DNA of 64,000 bases from an uncultured Armatimonadia bacterium (GCA_963749155.1 CAVVLO010000002.1:1555708-1619707), one strand, 5' to 3'; shown: positions 39,776 to 50,975, counted from the first letter of the stretch. Program-made: numbers and translations. The notes: a model not told the origin generated them from the sequence alone.

Positions 39776-42700
39776 ATGACTCGCATCCTGCTACTGATTG
39801 CTTGCTGCCTTGCCGCGCTGACGCTGCCTCTTGCCGCCCAGCCCAATCCCATCACTAACGGGGGTTTCGAGCAGGTAGACGCTACCGGTGCGCCGGTAGA
39901 CTGGCAGTTAATGTATCCGGCGGAAGTCTCGATGGCCGACAAGCATTCAGGTCAGAGAGCGCTGCATTTCGTCTCCAAGACCAGACCAGAAGGCGACCCA
40001 GGCCTTAATCGTAGCTGGAACCTGCCCGGCAACGTCCAGGGCGGAATGATAGCCAAGCCGAAAGGGGCGCTCAGCTTCTGGTACAAGGCCAATTCGGCCA
40101 ATCCTGCGGACCAGATGGGTATTGTCATCATCCCGATGAATACTCGCCCCTCCGAGGTTAGTGGACGCTTGTTTTGGGTTATCCCAGAGCAGCATATTGG
40201 AGATGGCCAGTGGCATCGCGGCTTGTTTGCCTACGACTTTACAGGAACACCTGGCGCCGAGTGGATCCATGTTGGCGCGCGCCTTTACGCCGACAACGTG
40301 GATTTATGGCTGGATGACTTCGAGTGGCTGCCCGGCCCGATTGGCCCTGCTCCTCATGCCAGCAAGCTGGAACTAAAAGAAGTCGCCGGTCAGGAAGGCC
40401 AGGCGGCTGACGTGACACTCACCATATCCAACTTTGGAGATGCGCCACTGGAAGGCGCAACAGCGACGCTGGCAGTGCCGTCGGGGCTTACTGTCCAGCA
40501 GGCGACCGTGCCGGTGGAGTCAGTTGCTCCCGGCAAGGAAGGCAAGGCCCTCTGGCGCGTGAGGGGCGAACGCGCAACCTCAGGGCTCAAGCTAGTTGCA
40601 AGCCTGGGCGAAGGGGGCGCTGGCCAGGAGCTTGGCCTGCTACTGGCGCCCAAACTTGCCGGCCTGCGTCTCTCCAGTGACCAGATGGCAGTGATGAAAG
40701 GGGACAAGCTGGTCGTCAGGCTGATGGCGAAGAACAGTGGTACCTCTGCTCTGGTCACCTCCGCGGCGAGGCTGGAACTGCCCAAAGGTCTGACGGCGCG
40801 GCTCCTCTCCGAGCGCGGGGTTGTGCCTGCCGGCGACGAGGGCGTTGCGGCGACCTGGGAGGTTACCGCGACCGCTTCGCTGCCTCTTGCGCGGCTGAAA
40901 GCCAGCCTGGCGGGGCAGGACGAGACCGCCACGACGACGCTTGCGGTACCCGACAAGCTGCCCCCTGTATTCGGTGACCTGGGCGAGGTATACGCGGTGG
41001 AGCGCGATGGCGCGCTTGTGATTGGTACTGACAAAGCCAGGCTCGTAATCGCGAAGCAGAGCGCTGGCTATGGTTTCGGCGCGCTGGAGGCTCGCACTGC
41101 TGCCGGGTGGCAGCGGATGGCGCTACTTCCTCGTATGGGCCTCATCGCAGGCGAAGCAGAGCAGGTGCTTTTTGCCCAAACGGCCACTTGCTCGCAGCGC
41201 GGCGATACTGCAAGAGCGGTGCTGCGAGGCACAGCGGTGATTGATGGCGTAACCTGGCAGGCGCGCTGGGAGCTTTCTGCAACGCGTGGAGAGGACACGA
41301 TTGGCTTCTCTGTGCAGGCCGGGCCGCGACCGTCTGACCTCGGTAGCCGCCTTCGAGGGGCCGATGCTCTATGCTGGTGAAGGCCTGCCCGAGCGCGAGG
41401 ACGCCCTCCTGCCGGGCCTCGAATGGCTGGTGAAGGGAGAAGAGTCCTCCAACTCGCTGGACATCGTCTCCGAGCATCCGGACCGTATCCGCGACGTGCC
41501 GCATCCTTACAAGGTGACGGTGCCGGCAGTGGGTATGCGTTTCGGTGACAGCGCAGTGGGTCTGCTGTGGGACGTGCCGCAATACCAGCCCTTCTTATGA
41601 GGTGGCCGGAGCGGCCAGTCTGGTCTTCTCCTCGCCCAACCGGCTCGAGGGCCAACCCAATCATCTTATGGGGTTGCTGCTGCCGGCGGTCGGCAAGGGC
41701 CTCGAAGAGAACACAACTCGAGCCACCGAGCCGCTGCAGGTGGCGGCAGGCGAGGCGCTGGGGCTGAAGGCTGAATTGCTTGCGGTCGGCCAGGCCTCCG
41801 ACAGCCTGGTGGCGCTGGACCGCTGGTATGCGAGGTATAACTTCCCCCAGCCGCTGCGCCTTCCCACGCGGCGATGCGGCGGGCGAGACGGCCTTCAGCC
41901 TTAGTGGCTACTTCAAAGACCGGGCGCTGTGGAATCCAGAGTGGAACCTGTGGTATAGCGATCTCATCGTCGGCTTCAGCCCGACTGCTGGCCCGGCGAC
42001 TGAACTCCTCTACGGGGCGAAATTGCTTGGCGAGGGCCCAGTTGCCGATGAGGCGCGAGCTTTGGCTGCCGAGGTGCTTAAGGGCGATGAACACTCTCGC
42101 GCACTGGCTCTCGAATATCGTCCCAGCACCGGAGAGCTTACGGGAGCGGCGCGCACGGCACTCGGGCTGATCGCCAGCCAGGAAGCCGACGGCAACTGGG
42201 GCTTCAGCGGTGAGAAAGCAGGCGAGTGGGAAGGCGATGCCCCCGATTACAAATATCTTGGCAAGGTGGGCGAGCGCGCTTCAGGATTAACGGCCGACAA
42301 AGCTTTGCGGGTGCTGGAAGGGGCCGCGCTAACGGGCAAGCCAGAATTGCTGGAAGCTGGTCTAAAGGCACTGGAGGCGCTCAAGACCTTCCGCGTGCCC
42401 CGCGCCTCGCAGGTCTGGGAGGTACCCGTCCACACTCCGGATATCCTCGCCAGTGCCCACGGCGTGGACGCGAACCTGTGGGGCTATAAAATTACCCGCG
42501 ACCCGCAATGGCTTGATGAAGCCAGATACTGGGCGCGAAGCGGGCTGCCCTTCGTTTATGTGTGGAATCCCGCCGATCAGCCGGCGATGATGGGGGCTAG
42601 CATCCCCGTCTTCGGAGCAACCGGTTACGGGCTGAGCTGGTTCGCGGTTGCCGTCCAGTGGAACGGCATCGCCTATGCCAATTCGCTGTTTGAGCTGGCC

Positions 42701-43679
42701 GAATACGACAATTCCTTCCCGTGGAAAACGGTAGCTGCGAGTATCATCGTCAGTGGTATGTACCAGCAGGCAACCGAAGGCGAACGACTGGCCCAGTGGC
42801 CTGACGCACTCAACTTCATCGAGGGGCGGCCAGGCGCGCATGGCCAGACGCCCCCCTGTTTCCAGCCTTCGAGTGTGGTGCGCGGCCTGTGGCAGCTGCA
42901 GGGTGATGTGCTGCCGGTGCGCACCGAGGTCACGCGGTGGGGCGCCCAGAGCCTCGCTCTGCGTGGCGCGGCCTGGTTCAACAAGGTCGTATGGCGCGGT
43001 CCCGCTTTGACTTTCGAGGTGAAGCTGCCCAGGTTGCAACCGGGTTCTATTGGTGTGCTTGGCCTGGCTCATCCAACTGCGGTGCTGCTTGCGGGACGAG
43101 AATTGCCCGAGGTCACCGATCCCAGGGCCGAGGTCGGCCCGAGCTGGCGTTATTCGGAAGAAGGCTGCTTCATCGAGCTTCGACTGCCCGAGCCGGGAGA
43201 GTGGCCAGTCGAGGTACGCGGCGTCGCTATGAAACAGCCAGACCTGGTGCGGACCAATCTGGATTTCTCCTTCGAGGCTGATACCCAGGGCTGGGTCGCG
43301 GCTCACGACCTTACTCCCCTCGAATATGTCAGCCGGCGCTATCTCCACAAAGGCGACTGGCGGTGATCCGTATATGGTCTCTTCAGTCCTCTCGGTACCA
43401 GGCGAGCCAGGTGACGTGCTGGTTATCGTGATGTCAGGCAAAGGCACTAACGGCATGGGCAGCATCTACTGGGGCAACGAAATTGGCAGCCCTGCCCCTG
43501 AGCGCTTCGTGGACTTCAGTTATCCAGCCGATGGCGCCTTCCATGCTGTGCGCATCCCGATTGGCGAGCACACGCAGTGGGGGGGCCATACAATTACCGA
43601 GTTGCGGATTGATCCAGCTAATGGAGAACCTCTGGGCGAGGTGACACTCGAGAGCATCAGCCTCGAGCGCAGCGACTAG
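39776..43679 (+). CDS. Large secreted multidomain protein, paralogue B; four apparent frameshifts (~41325, ~41590, ~41860, ~43330)
   Basis: Signal peptide and NGGFE CBM-like start; five ORF pieces; the middle three are collinear with paralogue A. Confidence 0.7.
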
Positions 43680-43704
43680 CCGAAGCCCCAAAGTGCAGGA
43701 ATCA

Positions 43705-43740
43705 GGCCTGTCCGGACGAAACTCCGGACAGGTCTTTTTT
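43705..43740 (+). terminator. Intrinsic terminator
   Basis: GGCCTGTCCGGA...TCCGGACAGGTC followed by TTTTTT. Confidence 0.8.
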
Positions 43741-43769
43741 ATTGTGAGCAGGAGAAGGAGCGAGACGCT

Positions 43770-45773
43770 ATGTTCTACGGAGCCGATTACTACCCCGAAC
43801 ACTGGCCGGAGGAGCGCTGGGCGCGCGATGCCGAGTTGATGCAGCAGGCGGGGATGAACGTCGTCCGCCTGGCAGAGTTTGCCTGGAGCAAGCTGGAACC
43901 GAGCGAAGGCGTCTTCGACTTTGACTGGCTCGAGCGCGCCCTCGACACGCTGAACGAGCGCGGAATCAAGGCTGTGCTTTGCACTCCGACGCCCACTCCG
44001 CCCGACTGGCTGATGGCTGCTCATCCCGAGGCCTTGCACGTTAACCAGCAGGGCCAGACCAGCACCCTCGGCACGCGCCGTCACGGTTGCCTTTCCAGCC
44101 AGGCCTATCGCGTCGCCAGCCGGCGAATCACCGAGGCGATGGCAGAGCGGTTCGGCAAGCATCCAGGCGTCATCGGCTGGCAACTTGACAACGAATTTGG
44201 CTGCCATTACACCCACTGGTGTTTCTGCGAGACCTGTAAACGCGGTTTCCAGGAGTGGCTAAGGGCCAAATATGGCACGCTGGAATCGCTGAACGAACGC
44301 TGGGGCACCATCTTCTGGAGTCAGACCTACACTGCCTGGGAGAATATCCCTGTGCCCGGCTGGTCGGTGGCAGGTCATTCGCCCAGCCTGCAACTGGAGT
44401 TTCGCCGGTTCAGCAGCGACAACGTAGTGAGCTTTGCGAAAGAGCAAGTAGACCTCTTGCGCGAGCTGACCAGCGGCCAGTTCATCACCCACAACCTGAT
44501 GGGGATGTGGGATCTGATCAACGATTATGACTTGAGCGAGCTATTGGATTTCGTCTCCTGGGATAACTATCCCGGCATCGCGCCTGCGGGACAGGAAAGC
44601 TGGGACTGGCGACTGCGCGCTGGGTTGTCAGGCGACATAATGCGCGGCGCCAAAGGGCAGAATGTCTGGGTGATGGAGCAACAGAGCGGCCCGACAGGCG
44701 GTTACACGGCGACTCCACACCCGCGGCCAGGTGATATCCGCGCGCTGGCCTGGCAGCAGATCGCTCACGGGGCAGACGGGATGGTCTTCTTCCGCTGGCG
44801 AGTGGCCAGGTTCGGGTCAGAGCAGTGTTGGCATGGGATACTCGGCCACGATGGCCGGCCCAACCGGCGCTACAAGGAAGTCTCGGAACTGGGCGCTGAG
44901 CTGAAGCAGGCTGGCAAGCTCATCCAGGGCTCTACCCCGAGCGCACAGGTGGCCGTGGTCAGGTGCTTCAGCAACGACTGGGCACTGCAGATTGGCCCTC
45001 CAGCGGTCGGCTTCGACTGGAATCGGCAGGCGCTGACGGTTGCCGAGGCCGCGCGCAGGCAGGGACTTGGGCTGGCTTTCGTCTCCCCGATGGGCCCCTT
45101 TGAGGGATATCAGGCGGTCATCCTGCCGACTTTTATGCTCGCTAACGAGGCAATCGCAGGGCATTGCCGCCACTACGTGGAGAACGGCGGCACACTGATC
45201 GCTACCTTCCGCCTCGGCTCTCACAACAGAGAACTGGTCAGCACCGACCTGCCACTGCCTGGTGTTTTCGCCGAGTTGTTTGGCATTGAGATACCGGAAT
45301 ACGACCCCATGGGCACCTGGTTCAAGAACACCGTTGAGACCGATGAGGGCGAGTGGGAAGCCACTACCTGGGCTGATCTGGTGGAGCCGAAGACCGCCGA
45401 GGTGCTTGGCCGGTTCAAGCGTGATTATTATGCTGGAGTGCCAGCCATCACGCGCAACCAGATTGGGGCTGGTCAGGCCATCTACGTCGCCACCGAGCTG
45501 CCTGCGGGTTTCTGGCGGAGCCTGCTTGCCGCCGAGGCCTGCGCGCCAGAGGCAGTCAGGCCTTACTTGCCGCTTGCGGAACATCATTTCGTCGAGGTTG
45601 TCGCAAGGGTCAGCGGTTCGGGGGATTGGTATGTCTTCTGCCTCAACCACGGCGCCGAATCGGTGCGCCTGCCGCTGGTAGAGGGGAGCCTTGAAGTACT
45701 GGTCGGCCCCGAGCCGGGCGGTCAACTACCACCCAATGGCGTGCAGGTGCTCTGCAGGAGGGAACCAGGATGA
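43770..45773 (+). CDS. Beta-galactosidase, GH42
   Basis: GADYYPEHW, AEFAWS.LEP.EG, WQLDNE, SWDNYP, MEQQ, FFRWR. Confidence 0.93.
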   Translation: MFYGADYYPEHWPEERWARDAELMQQAGMNVVRLAEFAWSKLEPSEGVFDFDWLERALDTLNERGIKAVLCTPTPTPPDWLMAAHPEALHVNQQGQTSTLGTRRHGCLSSQAYRVASRRITEAMAERFGKHPGVIGWQLDNEFGCHYTHWCFCETCKRGFQEWLRAKYGTLESLNERWGTIFWSQTYTAWENIPVPGWSVAGHSPSLQLEFRRFSSDNVVSFAKEQVDLLRELTSGQFITHNLMGMWDLINDYDLSELLDFVSWDNYPGIAPAGQESWDWRLRAGLSGDIMRGAKGQNVWVMEQQSGPTGGYTATPHPRPGDIRALAWQQIAHGADGMVFFRWRVARFGSEQCWHGILGHDGRPNRRYKEVSELGAELKQAGKLIQGSTPSAQVAVVRCFSNDWALQIGPPAVGFDWNRQALTVAEAARRQGLGLAFVSPMGPFEGYQAVILPTFMLANEAIAGHCRHYVENGGTLIATFRLGSHNRELVSTDLPLPGVFAELFGIEIPEYDPMGTWFKNTVETDEGEWEATTWADLVEPKTAEVLGRFKRDYYAGVPAITRNQIGAGQAIYVATELPAGFWRSLLAAEACAPEAVRPYLPLAEHHFVEVVARVSGSGDWYVFCLNHGAESVRLPLVEGSLEVLVGPEPGGQLPPNGVQVLCRREPG

Positions 45774-47119
45774 AGGTCTGCGGCCTGTTGATGTTGGGGC
45801 TAATTTTGTTTGCTCTGCCGGCCTTGCCCATTGCACTGGAGGAGGGCAAGTTTGTCCACGACGGCCAGCAAGTGTTCCTCAAAGGCGCGATGTACTGGCA
45901 GCCGACCGCTTACCATCAATGGTTCTGGGATGGGATGGACCTCGAAAAGCTGGAGGGCGACCTCGACCAGATGAAGGGCGCAGGGATGAACCTGGTCATC
46001 CTCGGCGCGCAGTGGGGCGAGTTCGTCGAGAGCGTGGACCAGTCAGCCAGGACCTGGACACCGAAGGCAGACAACGTGGCGAAGTTCCTCACTGCGCTTG
46101 AATTGATACGCGAGCGCGGTATGTTCGCGATGCTGTGGTTCTCCATCTCCAAGACGCCTGAGGGAATTAACGCAAAGTGGCACGATCCGGCGCCCGACAA
46201 GAGCGGCTATGTGCAGCCGGGCTTTGCGGGCTTCCTTTGGCACGACTACCCCGCCTGCGCGCAATATGGCGAATATCAGTATCAGGCTTTTCTGGAGTTC
46301 CATACCTTCGTAGCGAGCCTCACCCGGCCCTTCGACAACGTGCTCTTCGATCCGCTGGACTGGCAGCATCTGTCAATCAATTACTGGGACTTCGCGCAGC
46401 CGAAGAACCTCGCGGCCTGGCGAGAGTGGCTGCAGGGGCAGAATCCTGACCTGGCTTACTGGAACGAGCGCTGGAGCGAGGCCAACGCGACCTGGGAGGA
46501 AGTGCTCTTCCCCGTGGATAGCTGGGTGCAGAACACGATTGGCCGCCATCCTGCCGAGCCGTATATCGGCCTGCCCGAGCAGGATTACACTGGGCCGAAG
46601 TGGCAGGATTTCCGCAGTTGGCATAATCCCCTGTTCAACCAAATCCAGGAAGGGGTCATCGAAGCGCTTCGGATGGGGGCTCCGGAAGTGCCAATCGGCC
46701 AGCGCTATGATATGTGGCATTTCGGCGATTTCCGCCAGGCCACCTGGGCGCCCGAGGGCGTGGACTTCCTGTGCTTTGGGTATTACCCTTATGAGGCTAG
46801 CGAGCTGGGTAGCGACGCCACGCTGGAGCGCGATCTGGGCAGAACGCTCGAGCGGTTGCCTCGCCCGTTGCCGATGATCTGCTGGGAGGTCGGCGCGGAA
46901 ATTGCCCGACTTATGCCTGAAGCAGACCTGGCAGGTTGGCGCGAGGCCCAGGCTACACAGGTCAAGGTCTATCTGGACTTCGCGCGCAAGCACGATATGC
47001 TGGGGATGGCCTGGTGGGTCTGGCGGGACTACTGGCTGGACCAGGGCGCCGACCAGTGGGGCCTTGTCGAAGTGGACGATACTCCGAAACCAGCGCTCAA
47101 GGTCTTCGGGGAAAACTAG
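45770..47119 (+). CDS. Secreted clan GH-A-like glycoside hydrolase
   Basis: Signal peptide; 'DLDQMKGAGMNLV'; 'WNERW'; 'ICWEVG' nucleophile-like motif; 'WWVWRD..WGL..KPA'. Confidence 0.65.
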   Translation: MKVCGLLMLGLILFALPALPIALEEGKFVHDGQQVFLKGAMYWQPTAYHQWFWDGMDLEKLEGDLDQMKGAGMNLVILGAQWGEFVESVDQSARTWTPKADNVAKFLTALELIRERGMFAMLWFSISKTPEGINAKWHDPAPDKSGYVQPGFAGFLWHDYPACAQYGEYQYQAFLEFHTFVASLTRPFDNVLFDPLDWQHLSINYWDFAQPKNLAAWREWLQGQNPDLAYWNERWSEANATWEEVLFPVDSWVQNTIGRHPAEPYIGLPEQDYTGPKWQDFRSWHNPLFNQIQEGVIEALRMGAPEVPIGQRYDMWHFGDFRQATWAPEGVDFLCFGYYPYEASELGSDATLERDLGRTLERLPRPLPMICWEVGAEIARLMPEADLAGWREAQATQVKVYLDFARKHDMLGMAWWVWRDYWLDQGADQWGLVEVDDTPKPALKVFGEN

Positions 47120-47287
47120 CTTCAAAGGACACGAGCCGGCCAAAAATCAGCCGGCTCGGGCCCCTGCAACGCAGGTTGGGTTGGTGTTACGGCAAGGGTT
47201 GCCTTGCCGCCTGGCACGTGCGACCGTGCCAGTTAAGAGACGCTTCGGCAACGTCGGAGTTCACTTATACCAGGGATGTGAGGGCAA

Positions 47288-48052
47288 ATGGCTGGTGACT
47301 GGACTGCAACTGGTTGCACTCGACCCTTGCTGGTGGCGCATCGGGGCTTTTCCAAAGTAGCGCCCGAAAACACCTTGGCAGCCTTTGAAAAAGCTCTTGA
47401 GCTTGGTATCGACGCCTGTGAGTGCGATGTCCACGTCAGTCGCGACCATGAGGTTGTGGTCATCCACGATGCCACGGTGGACCGCACAACTAATGGCACT
47501 GGGCGGGTGGCCGATTTTCGCCTCAGCCAGCTCCAGGAGCTGGATGCCGGCAGTTGGAAAGGGCTCGAATACGCCCGAGAGCCTCTGCCGACCTTGCGCG
47601 AGCTCTTGCTGCTGGTACAAGACAAGTGTCGCCTCTTGATAGAAGTCAAAGAGGCCGCAGCGCTTGACCCGACGCTGGAGCTGCTGCGCATCCACGATTT
47701 CTTCGAACAGGCGATGCTGATCTCCTTCGACTTCGACGTCTGCCGTATAGTCCGCAGCCGCGCGCCCCAGGTTGCTGTGAAATGGCTCTGGGTGCCTCAG
47801 CAGTTCGAGCCTGCCGAGCAGAAAGCGATGGTGCGCAAGGCGCTTGCTGGCGGCATCACTGGGCTTGGCCTGTGCGCCTCTGGCCTGACCCCCGAACTCA
47901 TCAGGTACGCCCATGAGCGCTGCCTGCCCGTCTGGACCTGGACAATTGATGATGCAGACCAGATGGTAGAATTGGCGAAGATGGGCGTAGATGGGCTAAC
48001 CTCCAACGATCCACTGCTTGCGCAACAGACCTTCGGGGTCGCTCCGGCTTAG
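47288..48052 (+). CDS. Glycerophosphodiester phosphodiesterase
   Basis: AHRG, PENTLAAF, ECDV, IHD..VDRTT, IEVK, WTID. Confidence 0.93.
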   Translation: MAGDWTATGCTRPLLVAHRGFSKVAPENTLAAFEKALELGIDACECDVHVSRDHEVVVIHDATVDRTTNGTGRVADFRLSQLQELDAGSWKGLEYAREPLPTLRELLLLVQDKCRLLIEVKEAAALDPTLELLRIHDFFEQAMLISFDFDVCRIVRSRAPQVAVKWLWVPQQFEPAEQKAMVRKALAGGITGLGLCASGLTPELIRYAHERCLPVWTWTIDDADQMVELAKMGVDGLTSNDPLLAQQTFGVAPA

Positions 48053-48102
48053 GCTGGGGCGGCCTTTGCCCTTCCCATCCCCTGAAAGTGTTTTTGGTCC
48101 TC

Positions 48103-48140
48103 TTGACAAACTGTAAGAAGTGTTATATATGTTATATAAC
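48103..48140 (+). promoter_or_regulatory. Promoter with overlapping palindromic operator
   Basis: TTGACA at 48103; GTTATATA-TGT-TATATAAC at 48122-48140. Confidence 0.75.
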
Positions 48141-48161
48141 GCAGTTGCAGGAGGCATCAGG

Positions 48162-48566
48162 ATGCTGCTCTCGATAGATGATCATGATCCAAGGCCCCTG
48201 TACCGGCAACTGGCTGGCGAGCTGAAACAGCAGATCCTCGATGGCCGGCTGAAGCCCGGAGAGGCCTTGCCCTCGGTGCGCGATGTGGCGGCGGCTCTGG
48301 AAATCAACCTGCACACCGTGCGGCGGGCCTACCAGGAGCTGCGGGACGCCGGGATGATTACCCAGCGGCTGGGGCAGAAGGCAAAAGTTGCCCCTTTGCG
48401 CCAGGTGAAAGCCACCAGAGAGACCATCGAAGAGCGAGTTACAGGCCCGCTTGCCGAGTTGATTGCCGAGGCCAAATACCTGGGATTGTCCAAAGATGAT
48501 TTTCGCGAGCTTCTGGAGAAGCTGCTCGCGACGAGTATGAACGGAGGGACCACCGATGAAGCCTAA
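48162..48566 (+). CDS. GntR-family (YtrA-like) regulator
   Basis: PLYRQL..LKPGEALPSVR..INLHTVRRAY; short C-terminus. Confidence 0.93.
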   Translation: MLLSIDDHDPRPLYRQLAGELKQQILDGRLKPGEALPSVRDVAAALEINLHTVRRAYQELRDAGMITQRLGQKAKVAPLRQVKATRETIEERVTGPLAELIAEAKYLGLSKDDFRELLEKLLATSMNGGTTDEA

Positions 48567-49566
48567 GCTTTACTTTCCACTTTGGGTGCATCTGCCGGCG
48601 GCTAGTCTCTTTCTGGTTTCGACAGCGCTGCTCGTTATCGGGCGCCCCTGGCCTGAAAGCCTGCCGATGCACTGGAACGGAGCTGGTGACGTAAATCGTT
48701 ACGGCTCGCCGTGGGAACTGCTCACCTTCCTTGGGATGATGCTGTTCTACCTTCTCGGCAGCTTTGTCGCGGACGAATACTGGGCCAGACGCGAGCGCGA
48801 GCGCAAGCGGTACAACTGGTTTTCACTGTTTGATGAAGTGCTGGTTGGACTGTTCAGCGCCATCATCATCGCTTATTACCAGGAGTACGTGCTGGGCAGA
48901 GAAAACACACTGCCTTTCGATGGGCCGATGACCTGGTCGATAATACTCGGCGCGGTAGCTGTAGCGGCCTGGCTCGAGTGGGTGCGTCCCTTTGTGCCGA
49001 AGCCCGCTGAGCCCGAACGCAAGCCCGAAGAACGCATGCTTGACAACACCGTCGTCGAGGAAGTGCGCGTTGCGATGGGCGCGAGCGAGCGCTGGGTGTA
49101 TATCGAAGGCCAGAATCCCTGGTGGATGAACCTGGTTCTCCTTGTTGCCATGGCGGCACTGGCCTGGGGCACCTGGCTCACGTGGCAAGCACCCGATGCC
49201 CGCTGGATTAGCTATGTCGAGGGCTTCTTCGTGCTGTTCACTTTGGTTTTCGTCGGTGGGCTGCGTGTTTATGTCAGCCGGACCCAGGTCAGGGTGAAGT
49301 GGGGCCTCTTCGGTATACCGGTATTGAAGCTGGCGCTCGCTGAGGTTGTCTCGGTGAAACCTCACGATTTCTCGCCTATCGCGGACTTCGGTGGTTGGGG
49401 CATCCGTATATCACTGCGCTCGGGCATGAAGGGGTATTACATCCGCGGCAGCAGGGGGGTGCTGATGGAGACCAAATCGGGCAAGAAATACCTGGTGGGC
49501 TCTGATGACGCCGACAGGCTGGCCGTGGTAATTGAGACGGCGAGGACGACGGGCGAGGAGCGTTAG
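48556..49566 (+). CDS. DUF1648-like membrane protein with C-terminal PH-like domain
   Basis: LPMHWNGAGDVNRYGS; multiple TM segments; FGGWGIR...YLVGSDD. Confidence 0.75.
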   Translation: MKPKLYFPLWVHLPAASLFLVSTALLVIGRPWPESLPMHWNGAGDVNRYGSPWELLTFLGMMLFYLLGSFVADEYWARRERERKRYNWFSLFDEVLVGLFSAIIIAYYQEYVLGRENTLPFDGPMTWSIILGAVAVAAWLEWVRPFVPKPAEPERKPEERMLDNTVVEEVRVAMGASERWVYIEGQNPWWMNLVLLVAMAALAWGTWLTWQAPDARWISYVEGFFVLFTLVFVGGLRVYVSRTQVRVKWGLFGIPVLKLALAEVVSVKPHDFSPIADFGGWGIRISLRSGMKGYYIRGSRGVLMETKSGKKYLVGSDDADRLAVVIETARTTGEER

Positions 49567-49571
49567 AGTGA

Positions 49572-50219
49572 CTAGCCAGGGGCCGGAACAGTTGGCGGTG
49601 TTCCCTGAGTCTCTAGTGCTGACTTGGGCTTCAGGATTGAGAAGCCGTGTTGTTTGTAGCGGACATAATTCCAGAAGGAATCATCCATCAGTACTGTCTT
49701 GTTGTACCAGGGGAAGTGCCCAAAAACTAGCGAGAGCTGCTTGCAGGCGGTGTCAGGTGCAAGACCAAGTCCATCCAACTGCCATAGCGAGGCGGCCAGG
49801 CCAGTGCGGTCAGCGCCGCTCTTACACCGGATAAGTAGCGGTTTGGGGGCTTTCTCGATGATGGAAAGGAGCTCTTTCAACTTCCACGGAGGCACGAACT
49901 TGCGCGCATTGAGCGAATAATCGATGCGCGTTACCCCATACTGGGCCGCGACACGGCCCTCTTCCAGGTACCATTCACGGTCAGTGCGTTCGCCTTCCAG
50001 ATTGAGGATAGTCTTGATGCCACAGTTGCGGAAATACCGAACAAGTTCGTCCTCATCCATCCGGGCTGACCGGTAAATCGTGCCTTGTTGTACCACGTGG
50101 AAGTTGCCTTGTTCTTCCCAGTATATAACCGCAGAAAGCACAGGCAGGCCCAGGAACAACAGGCCTGCCACGAGTATCTTTATTCGACGTCTGAAACGAA
50201 GGTTAGCCGATTTGTGCAT
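49572..50219 (-). CDS. Membrane-anchored Cys-based (DSP/PTP-like) phosphatase 1
   Basis: NFHVV..IYRS, CKSGADRTG (CX5R). Confidence 0.88.
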   Translation of the reverse strand: MHKSANLRFRRRIKILVAGLLFLGLPVLSAVIYWEEQGNFHVVQQGTIYRSARMDEDELVRYFRNCGIKTILNLEGERTDREWYLEEGRVAAQYGVTRIDYSLNARKFVPPWKLKELLSIIEKAPKPLLIRCKSGADRTGLAASLWQLDGLGLAPDTACKQLSLVFGHFPWYNKTVLMDDSFWNYVRYKQHGFSILKPKSALETQGTPPTVPAPG

Positions 50220-50275
50220 ACTGCATTGTAGACTATTCTGATATACAAAAGTTCATTTTTGGTGGTAAATAAAAA

Positions 50276-50905
50276 TCAGGCTTCCATCGGCAGCTTGGCT
50301 GGATGGCGCCAGTCGGGATGGGGTGTCGCAAAGGGTTTGTGATTTGCCTCGTGCAAGCCGGACACCTCGCGCCAAAGAGCATAATTCCAAAAGGACTGCT
50401 TCATGGCGCCAGTCTTGTTGAACTTGGGCAGATGGCCATACTGGGCTGCAAGCTCACGGCAGGCTTCCTCAGGCGCGGCGCCGTCGAAGACCAGGCGCCA
50501 GGCTGCGCACAGCAGTCCAGTGCGGTCGGCGCCTGCCTTGCAATGCACGAGTACAGGCTTGGGGCAGACTGCGAGCAAGGTCATCAGTTCATCGAAATCA
50601 GCGGCGGAGAGATACTTGCGGGCTGACAGACCAATCGCATAATGCTTTACGTCCCAGGCCTTGGCAATGTCAAGTTCGCGCCGGTACCAGGCAGCATCAG
50701 GATGTTCTCCCTGCAGGCAGACGATGGATTTGATGCCATAACGCCGCAGATAGCCACGAAGCAAAAGGGGTGACAACAGGCCAGAGCGATATAGCTTGCC
50801 AGGCGAAACAATATGGAAGTTGCCCTGCAGTAGCAGATACACATGAAAGCCTGCTAGAAATAAGGCGGGCAACAGAATCGGCGACAAAATGAGCAGCCAG
50901 AGCAA
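50276..50905 (-). CDS. Membrane-anchored Cys-based phosphatase 2
   Basis: NFHIV..LYRS, HCKAGADRTG. Confidence 0.88.
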   Translation of the reverse strand: MLWLLILSPILLPALFLAGFHVYLLLQGNFHIVSPGKLYRSGLLSPLLLRGYLRRYGIKSIVCLQGEHPDAAWYRRELDIAKAWDVKHYAIGLSARKYLSAADFDELMTLLAVCPKPVLVHCKAGADRTGLLCAAWRLVFDGAAPEEACRELAAQYGHLPKFNKTGAMKQSFWNYALWREVSGLHEANHKPFATPHPDWRHPAKLPMEA

Positions 50906-50975
50906 GTGCGCTCCCTCCCTGGGGGCATATAACTGAAGTATAGGGGTGCTTCGTTAGATTAGTGTGAACAGTTGG

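Noticed and set aside
38566..39942. Long antisense ORFs (this 458 aa one; also 21360-22427, 25746-26735, 42362-43465)
   Set aside because: Shadow frames of GC-rich genes on the opposite strand, with no protein-like motifs
41598..41600. TGA in paralogue B as selenocysteine
   Set aside because: Homology to paralogue A resumes in another frame
47132..47158. Hairpin CGAGCCGGC...GCCGGCTCG as an ncRNA
   Set aside because: Isolated stem without U-tract or recognisable family; at most a weak terminator
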